In this document: piece after piece, positions 37,569 to 52,290 of the stretch
How the letters are laid out: each line of letters opens with the position of its first letter
Position numbering within the stretch: position 1 is the first letter of the stretch
Assembly: GCF_009914755.1 (NCBI RefSeq)
Contig: NC_060934.1
Reading direction: 5' to 3' (one strand)
DNA: 64,000 bases
Source of the DNA: the human T2T-CHM13v2.0 reference genome, Homo sapiens
Notes under the pieces: generated by a model
Seen by the model: only the letters and a program-made list of their open reading frames with translations
Databases searched by the model: none
What the model was told of the DNA's origin: nothing
Made by a program: the position numbers and the translations under genes

Positions 37569-38361
37569 TTAAAAACTTTATCACGAATGATGAAGCCAAT
37601 GACAATTAACAAAAAAATGTCATTTACCTTCTGGATGTCTGAAAAGAAACCCCAGTGTGAAAGGCTGGGCTTTGTTTAATATGCAATAATGGATTTACAA
37701 GTACCACCTTGAAATGCCTCAAACAGAGGCTGGAATGTGTCTAGGGGTTGTCAGAATTCAAGAATTCACAAATCTCTTTGCCAGAAAAAAATGGCAGGCT
37801 GGGCAGGCAGACATAGGAAAGTGCCCTGTCTTCTCTGCTAACTTACTAAATGTAACAAATTCCATTTAACATCTATCCATGCTCTTTAGGTTTTATTTTA
37901 GGGGTACTTTAGAATCTATTGAGGATTAAGTTCTTGACTTTTTTCTCTACTCAGTCTGCTGCTAACAACTGCAGGGCCCTACTGCAATCCATAAAACTAG
38001 CTCTTTGAGAGGCCATGAATACTGTTAACATTAAGTGACATTCACATTAATGCTCATAAGTGAAGGGAGAGAAGTGCTCCAACACATGCTGGAGATTAAC
38101 AAGGCAGTCAAATACCTCTAATCTGATAGTGCTGAGAATAAACCAAGTGTACTGTAATGCTGTCATTTAGCACCCTTCAAAATCAGTTAGAGAAGAGAAG
38201 CAACAACTATTTTGAGGGTGGCTCTCAAGAAGGTCCCAGAATAGTATCACCCTCCTCCAAACCCCCAAGTGAAAAGGACTATTAAAAGAGGTAATGAGTA
38301 CACAAAGACTCCATGAGAGCAATGACTAAGATTATTCACCACTGATCCCCACTTACCTTAG

Positions 38362-38734
<373 letters not shown>

Positions 38735-39061
38735 AGGTATACAATTACATATTGACCAAGTAAATCAATCTTGCTATCCTTTCCCCATTCTCCTATGAAA
38801 TCCCTCTCCATTGAAATCGCTTCGTCTCTGGCCTGCGCACTCTTTTTGAGAGGCACTTTCATCATTTCATTTAACTTTGAAAGAAGTTGGAGGAGGCTGA
38901 GGACACGTGCTTGCTAATCATCCTTTCACAGATTGCCTTGTGTGCCAGAAAGGATTTTTATTATTGGTCTGTGGCAGCTACTGCTGGAGAAAGATTTCAG
39001 CTTGACCTTCCCAAGCTGCTGGGGGATGAATACTGCACGTGGCTGACAGAGTAAATGTCTC

Positions 39062-39091
39062 CTTTTTTTTTTTTTTAAAAAAAAAAAAAAG
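39062..39091. repeat. Perfect palindrome C-T14-A14-G
   Basis: Counted directly. Confidence 0.95.
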
Positions 39092-40414
39092 CTTTTAGAC
39101 TAACCAGAGCTCACTGTGGTAGGAAAGTCACCCCTTCTCTTACTGCATAAAACTCAAGATGTTGAATTATTTTGCATAAAAATGATATAGTAAAATTAAT
39201 GTGAACTAGTCCAACAAGAAAATGGTAGCATCACAAAGCACCTCACAGACAGCACAGCATCAAAGAACAGGATTCAGGATAGCTCCACAGGCAGAGAGGA
39301 AAAAAGGAAATGAAGGCCATTTATAAAAGCAGTTTTAAATGTGAGGATGGATTCTCACAGCTGGGCTCACAAAAGAGAACAAATATGTCAAAGGGAACAA
39401 CTGACAGACTAATAGAGTCCTATCCATCTGGCTGAGAAAAGAGCCACTGGTGGGAATACTGAGAAGCTTGTCTATTAGGAAAAAGGCTTGCTTGGTGCTT
39501 CACTGGGAGAACTGAATAGCTTTGAGGAACACTGAAACACATGGTCAAATCATAGCTGGCTGGCTGGCTCTGCCAGCAAGAAGCTCAAACAAGGGTTACA
39601 AAGATGCACTGGCAAAAAAGGAAGAACAGGGCACATATGGTCTTCCTACTGGCTTGGGGTCTATACCCTGGCCCCTCCAATTTGGGAGTAGGATGAAAAG
39701 GAAAGGGAACCATGTGAATAGGATGTCTTATTTAGTGCTTTTTAAAAAAGGACTCAAGAGTTTCATTTTGACACATCAAGTTCAATCCCATGCCACGCTA
39801 ACGCCTCATCTGTACTTTTATATAATGCAGAGCTGAGTGCAGGCACTCTGGGAGAAGGGGAAATCAGGCCAGATTTAAAGAAAACAAAGACACAAGGCTA
39901 TCTGCATCTCTAACTCAGTCCATACCACAGAAAAACCTCCTCAAAAATAATTGCTCAAGGCAAAGAGAACTCAATTACTAAGGAAAATCTGTCCCAATGA
40001 GGGCTCATGTTTTAACGAGCCAAATAGCTTCAAATTAAGCTGAACTCAGGGTTTTTCTAATTGGCAGTTTCATCCATTTCTAAGTTCTCATTTCTTATTT
40101 TCAAAAATCAAAATGACTCTCTGCCTAAAATTTTAAAAAAAGAAATGCCTTATCACACTCTAAAACAAATAATTCACCAGATTTTCACCTACATATCTTC
40201 TATATAATTAACAAACCCTTCAGATGGCACAAACGCAGACAGCATCACTCTGTATTAAAAGTACTATCAACCAACCCCACACTAATTCCTCTCAGCAGCC
40301 TGGCCCTGGTCACTACCACAAAAGCTCAGTCACAGAATCCCCCTGCCATCAGAGAGAAGGCAACTGCTTGATCCTAGCCACCAACTAGGTCATCTGGGGA
40401 AAGTAGTGGCTTAC

Positions 40415-40493
40415 CTGCTCCTCTGACAGTTGGGATATGTGATTCACAGCAGCGTAGGACTCAATTTTGGGGTTAAAGTGGTTGATGATGGCT
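40415..40493 (-). CDS. ARMH3: Internal 79-nt coding exon of Armadillo-like helical domain containing 3 (C10orf76), near the C-terminus
   Basis: Minus strand shows a polypyrimidine acceptor ttctttgtttcag, 1 nt plus 26 open codons ([26 protein letters not shown]) and a consensus donor CAG|gtaagc. Peptide recognised from memory as ARMH3; not database-checked. Confidence 0.9.
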
Positions 40494-40803
40494 CTGAAAC
40501 AAAGAATTCGTATTAATATGGTGCCAGATAGAAGAGGTGGATACATCTGTTAAAAAATAAGGATCAAGTACCCTCTGGTTTAGAGTACTAGAGCATGGGA
40601 CCGATTGTGACTGGGTAACTTCCTCTTATTGAACATGAGGTAGTCACAAATGGGGGTGAATTGATAACTCTGAAGTGGGAAGGATTTACTATTAGACAGA
40701 AAATAGAATCAAGCATCTCTGCTCTGCAAATGAACTAACGGAAAAAACCCAAAGCCAAACAAAAATATTGAGTCCTTCAGATGAGAAAGGGAACCCAGAG
40801 GGC

Positions 40804-40822
40804 TGTCCACTAGGGGGCCCTG
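40804..40822 (+). promoter_or_regulatory. Candidate CTCF binding site
   Basis: tgtCCACTAGGGGGCcctg matches the CTCF core CCASYAGRKGGC in non-repeat sequence. Confidence 0.6.
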
Positions 40823-41223
40823 GTGCTTCAATCAGAAAGAAAAGCTGTCTTGTCTGACTTGGGAGAACAGGGCACTCAGTAAAGCTGGGCCAACAACATA
40901 TAGGCTAAATAGAAGCAATCTTCATACTTGTTAGTAAATAGTTTCAAACCAAAATTTTATATCCGGCCATTCAACCCAAAAGCTGAGTGTCATTTTAAAA
41001 CACTCCCTTCTCCATCACTTAGTCACATCCAAAATTACCTAGTCTTATCAAATCTACCTCTTAAAAATCTCTGAAATCTGAAATAAATTTCCCTGAAACC
41101 AGTGCCTTGGTATAGGTCTTTGTCATTTCTTGCCTGGTGTAGCAAAAAGAACACAGGTTTTAGATCAGGGTTTTACATGAGTCCATATGAATATAAATGA
41201 TTCATAGAGAGAGACAAATCTCT

Positions 41224-41544
41224 TTTTTTCATATATATATATATATTTATTTATATTTATATTTTAGACAGGGTGTCACTCTGTTACCAAGTCTGGAATG
41301 CAGTGGCACAATCATGGCTCACTGCATCCTTAACCTCCCAGGCTCAAGCGATCCTCCCACCTAAGCCTCCCTAGCAGCTGGGACTACAGGCATGTGCCAG
41401 CATGCCCGGCTAATTATTTTTGTATTTTGTTGGTAGAAACACGGTTTTGCCATGTCGCCCAGGCTCAAGCCTGGGCTCAAGCAATCCACAGGTCTCCACC
41501 TCCCAAAGTGCTGGGATTATAGACATGAGCCACAGCGGCTGGCC
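41224..41544 (-). mobile_element. AluJ-like with AT-rich tail
   Basis: Reverse-complement dimer. Confidence 0.92.
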
Positions 41545-41811
41545 AACAAATCTTTCTCATAGAACAATTTCAAATAATATATGTAGATACTTCTCCCTAT
41601 AGGAAATGAAGTTTATTTCTCATTCCTGAGGGTGGGCTAGATTTAGTGATTTATTGCCAAAGACTAGAGTAGCAAATGGGAAACACAGTAACTTTATAGC
41701 AAAGAAGCCTGGTAAACACTACCTTAACCAAATGATGAAGCTGTAGATTGCCAGTGATATCATGTAGATACCATGTAACCCTTGGTATGATCTGATGAGA
41801 AGGGCACTTAA

Positions 41812-42176
<365 letters not shown>

Positions 42177-42180
42177 CTGA

Positions 42181-42499
<319 letters not shown>

Positions 42500-42828
42500 A
42501 GTACTTTCTTAAGACTCTAAAAGTCATGAAAAACAAGAGTTGAGAAATTGTCACAAATCACTGGGGAGATATGACAATTAAATGCATATCCTGGAATGGA
42601 CCCTGGCACAGCAAGAGGACATTAATGGAAAAACTGGTAAAATCTAATTAAAATACGGAATTTAGTTAATAATAATGCCAGTTACTTAGTGTTGATACAT
42701 GTACCTTGGTGACATAAAATGACGGAAATTAGGCTGAGGGTATCCAGGAACTCTGTGGATTATCTTTTTACTTTTTCTATAAATCTAAAATTATTCCAAA
42801 ACAGAAAGTTTATTAAAATGGGTAGTGT

Positions 42829-43519
<691 letters not shown>

Positions 43520-43799
43520 GAGCTAGCATAACAAATCACTATTTTATAGCTTCTTGATAGTAAAGAATTATAGAACCATTTAATCTAATTCAGGTAATAA
43601 AAGTATAAACCAAAAACTTAAAAAAAAATACCAATCCCAGCACTTATCATAGTACCTGGGAATAGTCTATTGCAGCCATATAAGAAATATTTGTTGAAAG
43701 AGGGCTAAATCTTAGAGGGTACATTTGTAAAATTTATCTAACATAATATATAACATTTATAGTACATATAATAAAAACTTGGAAAAGCAACGCCAAACA

Positions 43800-43860
43800 T
43801 CTAACCCAATGCCTGGTACACAGCTTGTGCTCAATAAATATTCAATAAGTGAATAAACCA
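43800..43860 (+). mobile_element. L2 3' end fragment
   Basis: tgcctggtacacag...gctcaataaatatt. Confidence 0.6.
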
Positions 43861-44664
43861 AATACGACAGACATGAGTCAGGAGCAAGAAAAGAGTTCTG
43901 ACAACTTATTTTTCCAGAAACTACCAAGAGAGCTGGAGATAATATCTGCAAGTTAAGGCTGAGGTTTGCTCTAATTCCAAAGTAGGAAAGAATTTTATGA
44001 CCAAGTGGGGGTCAAACATTTTTCTCAATCAGAGAGCAAGGCTCAAGGATGTTGGCAGAGATGACCACAGCCCATAAGCAGAAAGGAAAACCAGGACCCT
44101 AAACCCAATGAGAAGGTAGGTGAAGCAAGTTTAGAGAACTGATAATCCCACTGATCCTAGCAGCAGCACCAATTTAAAGTTCACTCAGGGTGGAGTCTGA
44201 GTCATAGGGTTTAGTGTCCAGGACCAACACGATTGAAGGAAAGGAGCTTCAGTAGTCAAATCAATCTACCATTAGACCACAGGTATCTTCGAAAAAGATT
44301 TTGCACTCTGTAAATGCATCCACATTTTATGCTTTTTTAGGTTTTGTTTTTTGTTTTTTTAAATCAGGCTTTCCTTACATTTCTTAGGAAATTTTTTTTT
44401 TAAATTCCTGTCTCAACTGAACTAGAGGTTTTGTTCTTGTTTTTTATTATTATTATTATTTTATTCTTGCCTAGGTTTGGAGAATACAGAGGTCCAAGTA
44501 CCCTAGCTTCTGTCTGGGTGGAATGTTAGCAGCCACCGGGGCAACCCAGTGGAGCTAGTGAGGTTGGAACAGTGAAATAATCCCTGGGAATGGAATTGCT
44601 GGGGATCTAATTCTCTTGCCTTTCTATCTGAGTAGTTCTTTCACAAGGAAACAAAGCAAGGACA

Positions 44665-44780
44665 TAAGACAGGAAAAAAAAAGAGAGAGGAAGAAGAGAG
44701 GGAAGGGGAAAAGGAAAGAGGAAAGAAAGGGGAGGGGACTGGGAGGCAGGGAGGGAGGGAGTGAGGGAGAGAAAGGAAAA
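44665..44780 (+). repeat. Polypurine GA-rich low-complexity tract
   Basis: Seen directly. Confidence 0.9.
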
Positions 44781-45759
44781 CCTAGAAGGCATTACCTTCA
44801 AAATGTACACTTGTTTCCTTCCCTTCTCACCATTACACTTATCAGGTGTCAGCTGGCTCTATGGGTGACCTGTTCTTCATACTGCAGGACATACATGCTG
44901 ATATTGTTTGGGCAAACTTATCCTGAGGGTATTTACCACTCTGGGAATATATATTTGGAATGAAGATAAAATCATCTTCCAACCTGCCCTGTGACAATCT
45001 CATCTCAGAACTTCAGATCTAAGCAGGTGATTAAGGTCTCCCACCAGGCAGGCTGAGAAACTGTTTAGAAACCTGAGTAAGGTGGAACAGTCTAGATTCA
45101 GTTAGTAGTCTCTAACTCAGTACCCACAAAGGCAGTATATGTGTCGGCCTTATGTTTTTTTTGCTGTTTCTTTGGGACTGTTATCTGCAAAATCTGAGTG
45201 CTAACCTAATGTCCTGGAGATGCCAGGTGGAGGGTATTCGCCCTAAGCAGTAAGAAAAATAGTCTAACACTGGCTCTTCTCTCTCCAGGCTCTTAGAAAG
45301 GAATTCCAGACAGGGCTTGGAGGCTTCCCATTAAAGTTCTTAGTACTTTGTACTAGTGAAATGGAAATATGTCCTGACATGGCACAGAAATGACAGAAGA
45401 CTGGAACCAGGCTAAGCCAGACCAAGCTGAGTGACACACCTTTGCAGTAACTGAATTACGTCGCTTCTCCTTCCCCAGGAAGTCTGACGGCTACCAGGCT
45501 CACCTGGGTTGTGATTCCACACCATCCCACCTGGCCAAGGCGCTAGACTAGGACTCATGCTTGACTAGCTCTTGGCGGGAGAAAGATAAGGCACCACGTT
45601 TATAGATGAAGGAGGAATCTCTCCATTTTCTTTAGGCTTTCCTTCTCACTGATAGCACCTCCAAAAGGATTTACTACCATCTTTTCTGAACCTTTGGGGA
45701 GGGGGTTTCTGGGAGATTCTAACAGTACTTCTCTCTCACTTTTACTGGTCAAAACCTGA

Positions 45760-45891
45760 CAGCTACTTGGGGGGCTGAGGCAGGAGAACTGCTTGAACCC
45801 AGGGGCCAGAGGTTGCAGTGAGCCAGAATCATGCCACTTCACTCCAGCCTGGGCAAAAGAGCGAAACTCTGCCAAAAAAAAAAAAAAAAAA
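45760..45891 (+). mobile_element. Alu right-arm fragment
   Basis: Starts abruptly at cagctacttgg; A tail. Confidence 0.9.
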
Positions 45892-46040
45892 GGCACCAGA
45901 GAGCTCTCTTGCTATCTGTCACATGACGACACAGTGAGAAGGCTGCCATCTCATAAGCCAGGAAGACAGCTCTCACCAGAAACTGACCCTGCTGGACTTT
46001 GATGTGGGACTTCTAGCCTCCAGAACTGTGAGAAAATACA
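45892..46040 (+). mobile_element. MaLR LTR fragment (MLT1/MST-type)
   Basis: gacacagtgagaagg...ctctcaccagaa...ggacttctagcctccagaactgtgagaaaata. Confidence 0.85.
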
Positions 46041-46226
46041 GGAAGGTTTGAGTGGACAATGAATGAGAAAACATAGCCATTATGAAAAGATTAAGGTTTC
46101 CCTTCGACAAAGGTGGCAAGGCAATTAAATAGGGAAAAAATAGTCTTTTCAACAAATGGTACTGGGACAAGTAGTTATCCACATGCAAAAGAATGAAGTT
46201 AGATCCCTTCCTTATACCACACATAA

Positions 46227-46581
<355 letters not shown>

Positions 46582-46986
46582 CTTAAAAACTGTAAAATTC
46601 TTAAAAGTAAATCTTCATGACTTGAGGTCAGGCAGTGATTTCTTAGATAAAACACCAAAAGCACAAATGAAAAAGAAAAAGTGGATCAATCTGAAGTTTA
46701 AACTGTGCTGCAAACAATGCCATCAAGAAAGTGAAAGGACAATCCACAGAATAAGAGAAAATATTTGCAAATTTTGTCTGATAAGAAACTTGTACCAGAA
46801 TATATAAAGGACTCTTATAATTCAACAATAAATTACACACAAATAATACAATTTTTAAAAGAACAAATTATTTGAATAGACAAGAACAGATACTCAATAT
46901 CATTAGTCATTAGGGAAATCCAAATCAAAACCACAATGAGATACCACTTCACACCCATTAGGATAGTGATAAAAAGAGAATAGCAA

Positions 46987-47343
<357 letters not shown>

Positions 47344-49099
47344 TCAATTTATAGGAAAGGTCCAGAATATGCAAATTTGTAGAAGCAGAAAGTAGATTCA
47401 TGGTTGCTTAGGGCTACAAGGAGGGTTAGGGAAGAATAGGGAGTGACTGCTATTGGGTATAGGGTTTCTTTCAGGGGGAACACAATATTCTAAAGTTAGA
47501 TTGTGATGATGGTTGTACAACCCTATGATTATACCAGAAAACATGAACTGTACACTTTAAGTGGATGAACTGTATCATATATAAATGATTATGGCCTCCT
47601 TGGCCCCAGCAGTTTTTGAGCAAGCTGCTTTCTCCAACCAGTTCCACACAGAATTAATGTGGTGATTCCCAGGGTGATTCACTCACCAAGAAAACTTTTC
47701 TAAAGCTTGCATATGTTAGCAATGCTGATGGCAGTAGGAAAAGGAGCTCACTGGGCCATGGACTATCCTATAAATTACAGAAGCTGGAGTTTCAGGAGCT
47801 TCTGGAGAGAGAGGGCTCTGTGGTGCAATACCACAAAAGGTGGCAGAGATGACGAGTGAGACTGGTGCTGAAGGGCACATGCTCAGGAAGGACTGACCCT
47901 ACCTGGAGGTGAGAAGAGTCCAACTCATGGTAATATGTATGATATACTTAAGTCAAAAGTTCTGCATGTGGCAAAGGATGTCAACTTTTGGCTGCTGGAA
48001 TAGGATGTTGAGGGGGGTGGCAGGGTTGGTGGATGAGAAGAAAGTTTCTCTTATTCTCAACATCCTTTACCAATTTATTTTTCCAGCAATAGTTGGAGTT
48101 GCCCACATTATTCAGGGAAACAGAATTGGGAAGAGGATTTAAAGAAATATGGGTAGTAATAAGGCCCAAGGAAGGGGAAAGGAGTTCTACCCACAGACAG
48201 AACTTAGTGGGAAAAGAGAATGTAATTTCTAACCAAACCTCTAGCTTCTCTGAAACTTGAACTAAAAGCTCCAAGACAGCAGGTACCAAATTTATTTTGC
48301 TCACCAATATTTTGTCCAGTTTCACTGTAAGTAGCTTTTGCTTCTGGAGATCCAGAATCACTAGCTATCCTCCCAAAGTATGAAAATAAAAATTAAAATG
48401 TTTTATCCTCATCCCAGGAAAAAAGGTGGCTCAGACATGAACAGCTGTCCTCCCAAAGAAGGAGCAAAAGTTGACACTGATGACAATAAAGCTTTTCTTC
48501 CTCTTAAGTCATATCAAGAGGCTAGAGGAAAGCTTTCTGGCATTCCTTTTTTAAGTAATCTAATACCTTCTAAAAGTAAGCCTAGGTTTTGTTTGTGTGT
48601 TTGTTTGAGGGTGGGGAGGATGAGGTGAGGTGTGGGGGAATGTGTTTTATTCTGATACGGGGCCTCTAAAGCCACTGAATTAGAAAGTCCCAAAGGGGAA
48701 GGAAAAATAAATAGACAACATCATAGTAAAGAGAAATTGCTAAAGCCAGCCACAGTGAGGGATGGCACTGTGCCCAATGCACCTTTAAGAGCAGGAATCT
48801 GGGCCACCCTCCAATGCAACTGTCAACTTCTGACTGCAGAAGATAGAGGTCACTTATACAGGCTGAAGCAAAATGAAGTGGATAGATGGAACAGTAAGGA
48901 TGAACAGTAAACCGGCTGGGGATTTCTTGGTCCATTGTAAACTTATTCTCTCTGACTCATGACTCTGCAAAGCAGCTCTCTTTTCCCAAGTGCCGGGTGG
49001 TTGTTAACTGAGACACATAGTTAATGTCGAACTTGCATTAAAGATAAGCATGGAAATGTTCCTTTAACAATGTAGGCAATATAGCTTAAGAGAAAATGT

Positions 49100-49388
49100 G
49101 GACCAGGCACGGTGGCTCTCCCCTGTAATTCCAGCACTTTGCGAGGCTGAAGTGGGAGAAGTGCTTAGCTCAGGAGCACAAAAAAAAAAATTTTTTTTTT
49201 TTAAAATTAGCTGGGCATGGTGACATGTGCCTGTTGTAGTCCCAGCTACTCAGGAGGCTGAGATGGGAGGATGATTTGAGCCAGGGATGTCAAGGCTGCA
49301 GGGAACCATGATCACACCACTGCGCTCCCTAGCCTGGGTGACAGAGCAAGACCCAGTCTTAAGAAATAAAAAAAAAAGAAGAAGAAAA
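49100..49388 (+). mobile_element. AluJ-like with end of left arm deleted
   Basis: TSD agaaaatgtgga; A11T12 in the linker. Confidence 0.9.
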
Positions 49389-49678
49389 AGAAAATGTGGA
49401 TTCCTCCTCATATCCAATATAAAGCTAAAGCAAATCCTCCAAAATGCAATCTCCCATGGACAGAAGCATCTACGAGTCTTTAATGAAACAATAAATAAAT
49501 AGTTTCATTCAGAAGCTCAGAACATGGCGATTGTTTCATTACTGAGATACCTGAAGGAAGCAGGCTATCTCTAAAAGCTGCTATGTACATCTTTCAGGCA
49601 GAACAGGGAAAAACAAGCAAAAGTTGTTTTTGTAACTCTCATTCCAAGGAAGGAGGAAACATAACTGTTATACTCAAT

Positions 49679-49722
49679 ACGCGCACACGCGCACACACAC
49701 ACACACATATATGTATGTATAT
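49679..49722. repeat. Alternating purine-pyrimidine (CG/CA/TA) microsatellite
   Basis: acgcgcacacgcgcacacacacacacacatatatgtatgtatatg. Confidence 0.9.
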
Positions 49723-50019
49723 GAAGATTCTTGAAGGTTTCACCCTAAAACTACTCTTATAAGACTACCAGATTTACATTAACGAGTCTGATTGTGGGTG
49801 AATTTCTCAAGCTTAGTAAAAAATTTGGATCTTAAGCTCCAACCTCATTAAGAGCTGTAGCCCTGTATTTTCAAATGCTTACTAAATATTTACACCTGGA
49901 TGTCTTGCTTTTGTTTACCTGGATCTCTTCACATAGAATGTTATCACCACTAAAAAGCCTAAGTCATCTTTTTCCTTGAAGGCCCAGTTAAAATACCATT
50001 GCTTCCCCGAACAACATGG

Positions 50020-50145
50020 TTCATACAGAAAACAGCAAGGCTTTAGAGAAAGGAGATTTGAAAAAATCTGGATTCCTCCACTTATTAACTGTGTGACTTT
50101 GGGCAAGAGACCAACCTCTCTGAGTAGTAGTTTCTTTGGTTGAAT
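50020..50145 (+). mobile_element. MIR fragment
   Basis: ccacttattaactgtgtgactttgggcaag...aacctctctgag. Confidence 0.8.
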
Positions 50146-51701
50146 TTCACTTCCAAAACTTTCCTCTCTGTTTTCCTGTATACCATCTAACTAGCCCTAA
50201 GGAATTTTTTTTCCCCCAAGGCAGCTTCCCTTTTCCTAGACCAGTCCAGTGATATACTACTATGCAATATACTACAGAGTATGTTCTCAGGTATCTGAGA
50301 TTAAAGACAAGAAAACCATCATATTCGTAATTGCTTTTACCTGGGAAACCTTCAGGCATACAGGTAAAATACTGGCTTTTGAGAAGGGGTAAAGGTATGA
50401 CTGAGTGTATGTGGCAGTAGTTAAAATGGTTCATCTGAGGTTGAGTTATTTAATTTTAAACTAACATTTCTTTCACCTTCAGAATTGCCTCACAGACTCC
50501 CATTTCATGCAGTACTAAGCTTCCTTCTTCATGGAGTCAATGAATCTTCAGCCCACCCAAATCACCAACAACAAAAAAAGCAATTTCCCTTGATGCCTGT
50601 TAACAGAAGTGCATTACAAGCCTCAAAGACTCTGCTGATTAACATTAAACAAAATAAAACCTCAAGTAAGAATACCTTCTAACCTTTTCACTTTGAAACT
50701 ATCTAATCAAAACATCAGCAACTGACCTGTTAGGATTATCCTTCTAACTTACCCCCTAAGGTTTAGGTCTTAACCCTTTCAGGACAATTATTTCCCTCCA
50801 TAAATTATACTACTGTCCCTGTGGCCATTCTTTTCAGGACCAAAGACACAAAAATGGAACCTTAGTTAGTATAAAAGGCATTTTGACAACCAGCAAGAAG
50901 GATAAACTACTGACCAGTGCATCTAGTTGCTTACTTTACCCAATGATCCAATGTAAATGGAGAAGAATGAACCACAAGTGTTGAAAGAACCACAAAAGTC
51001 AAATGGACCATCTACATTTCCATAAAAGGCATCATCACTTAATCCATTCCCCTTATGTCTACTTTTTATTAAATCTTTCAATAAATGAAAAGAGGCTCCA
51101 AAACTTTCCTAAACATAAAACACCTATAAGATTATCCTATCGTTGCTCAGATCCATCACTCTGTGCTTCTGACTACCTTACTCTGTTCTCTAGTGGCAGG
51201 TCCGAAGTTACTGGCAGAGTTCCTGGGGCTACAGAATGAAAACCTCTAATAATCTTTGGAATTGGTTTTCCTATTTCCCTTTTCCTGGATTTCCTATTTC
51301 CAGAAGCAAGGCTCCTCTACACGCTCAGAAATGCCAAATGAATATAAAGGAACAAAATGGCCTATAAGAAAATGTGTATTAGATGTTCTGTCCCTTTTCA
51401 GAACATAAGAAAATCCTAACACATACCTAAGAGGAATTCTGAAGCACTGGAGATAAGCTCAAAACCCCCAAAACTGATCTAATTTTGATTAATGGTGAAC
51501 ATTCCAATCTCTTGAATATGAATTAAGAACTTTTTAAAAACTGGCATGAGACAAAAACCTGAAATATTTTAATTACACCTCATTCCCATTAGCCCAATTA
51601 ATCAATTTATTATAAGACACTTAAATTTTAAGCATGGGAGAGCAAGAAAATGAGCAATTGACTAGTCTTCTTTTCCCGTCACTTCAAAAATAAAGGCGAA
51701 T

Positions 51702-51996
51702 TGGCTGGTCACAGTGGCTTATGCCTGTAATCCCAACACTTTGGGACGCCCAGGTGGGAGAACTGCTTGAGGCCAGGAGTTCAAGAGCAGCTTGGGCAAC
51801 ATAGTGAGACCCCCATATCTACAAAAAATTTTTTTTAAATTAGCCAGCATAATGTGCACACCTATAGCCCTAGCCATTCATGAGGATGAGGCATGAGAAT
51901 TGCTTGAACCCAGGAGTTTGAGGTTACAGTGAGCTGTGATCATGCCACTGTACTCCAGCCTGGGCAACAGAGCAAGACCCTGTCTCTAAAAATAAA
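51702..51996 (+). mobile_element. AluJ-like
   Basis: Dimer, TSD aaaaataaagg. Confidence 0.93.
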
Positions 51997-51999
51997 GGG

Positions 52000-52290
52000 A
52001 AATTATTTTAGTGGATCACATGCTAGACTGAGGAAGGAGGGAAATATTCTGTGGATCCCATGCCAGTTAGAGAAAAAGAGGCATATGAATCCTAAACTAG
52101 ACTAGATGAGCCATACATAATACCTCAGTGGTGGAGGAGGAGGATCTCATGTGCACAAAGGAGGAAGAAACCTGTCAAGATTTCCCAGTGGTCCAGTGTG
52201 GGCCATATGGATTCCATACTAGATAGCAGTGGTCCTGATGTTCACATACAGGAGAGATGAGAGGGTGGGCCATATGGATCACGTACTGGT
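52000..52290. repeat. Degenerate direct-repeat array
   Basis: Recurring (gccata)tggatc(c/a)cat(a/g)ctag motif; gtgggccatatggat exact at 52198 and 52265. Confidence 0.55.

Noticed and set aside
38351-38359. Perfect minus-strand donor AAG|GTAAGT
   Set aside because: No credible acceptor at exon distance; isolated decoy donors are expected in 64 kb
52000-52290. CRISPR-like repeat/spacer appearance
   Set aside because: Primate intron, repeats far too degenerate, irregular spacing, no cas genes
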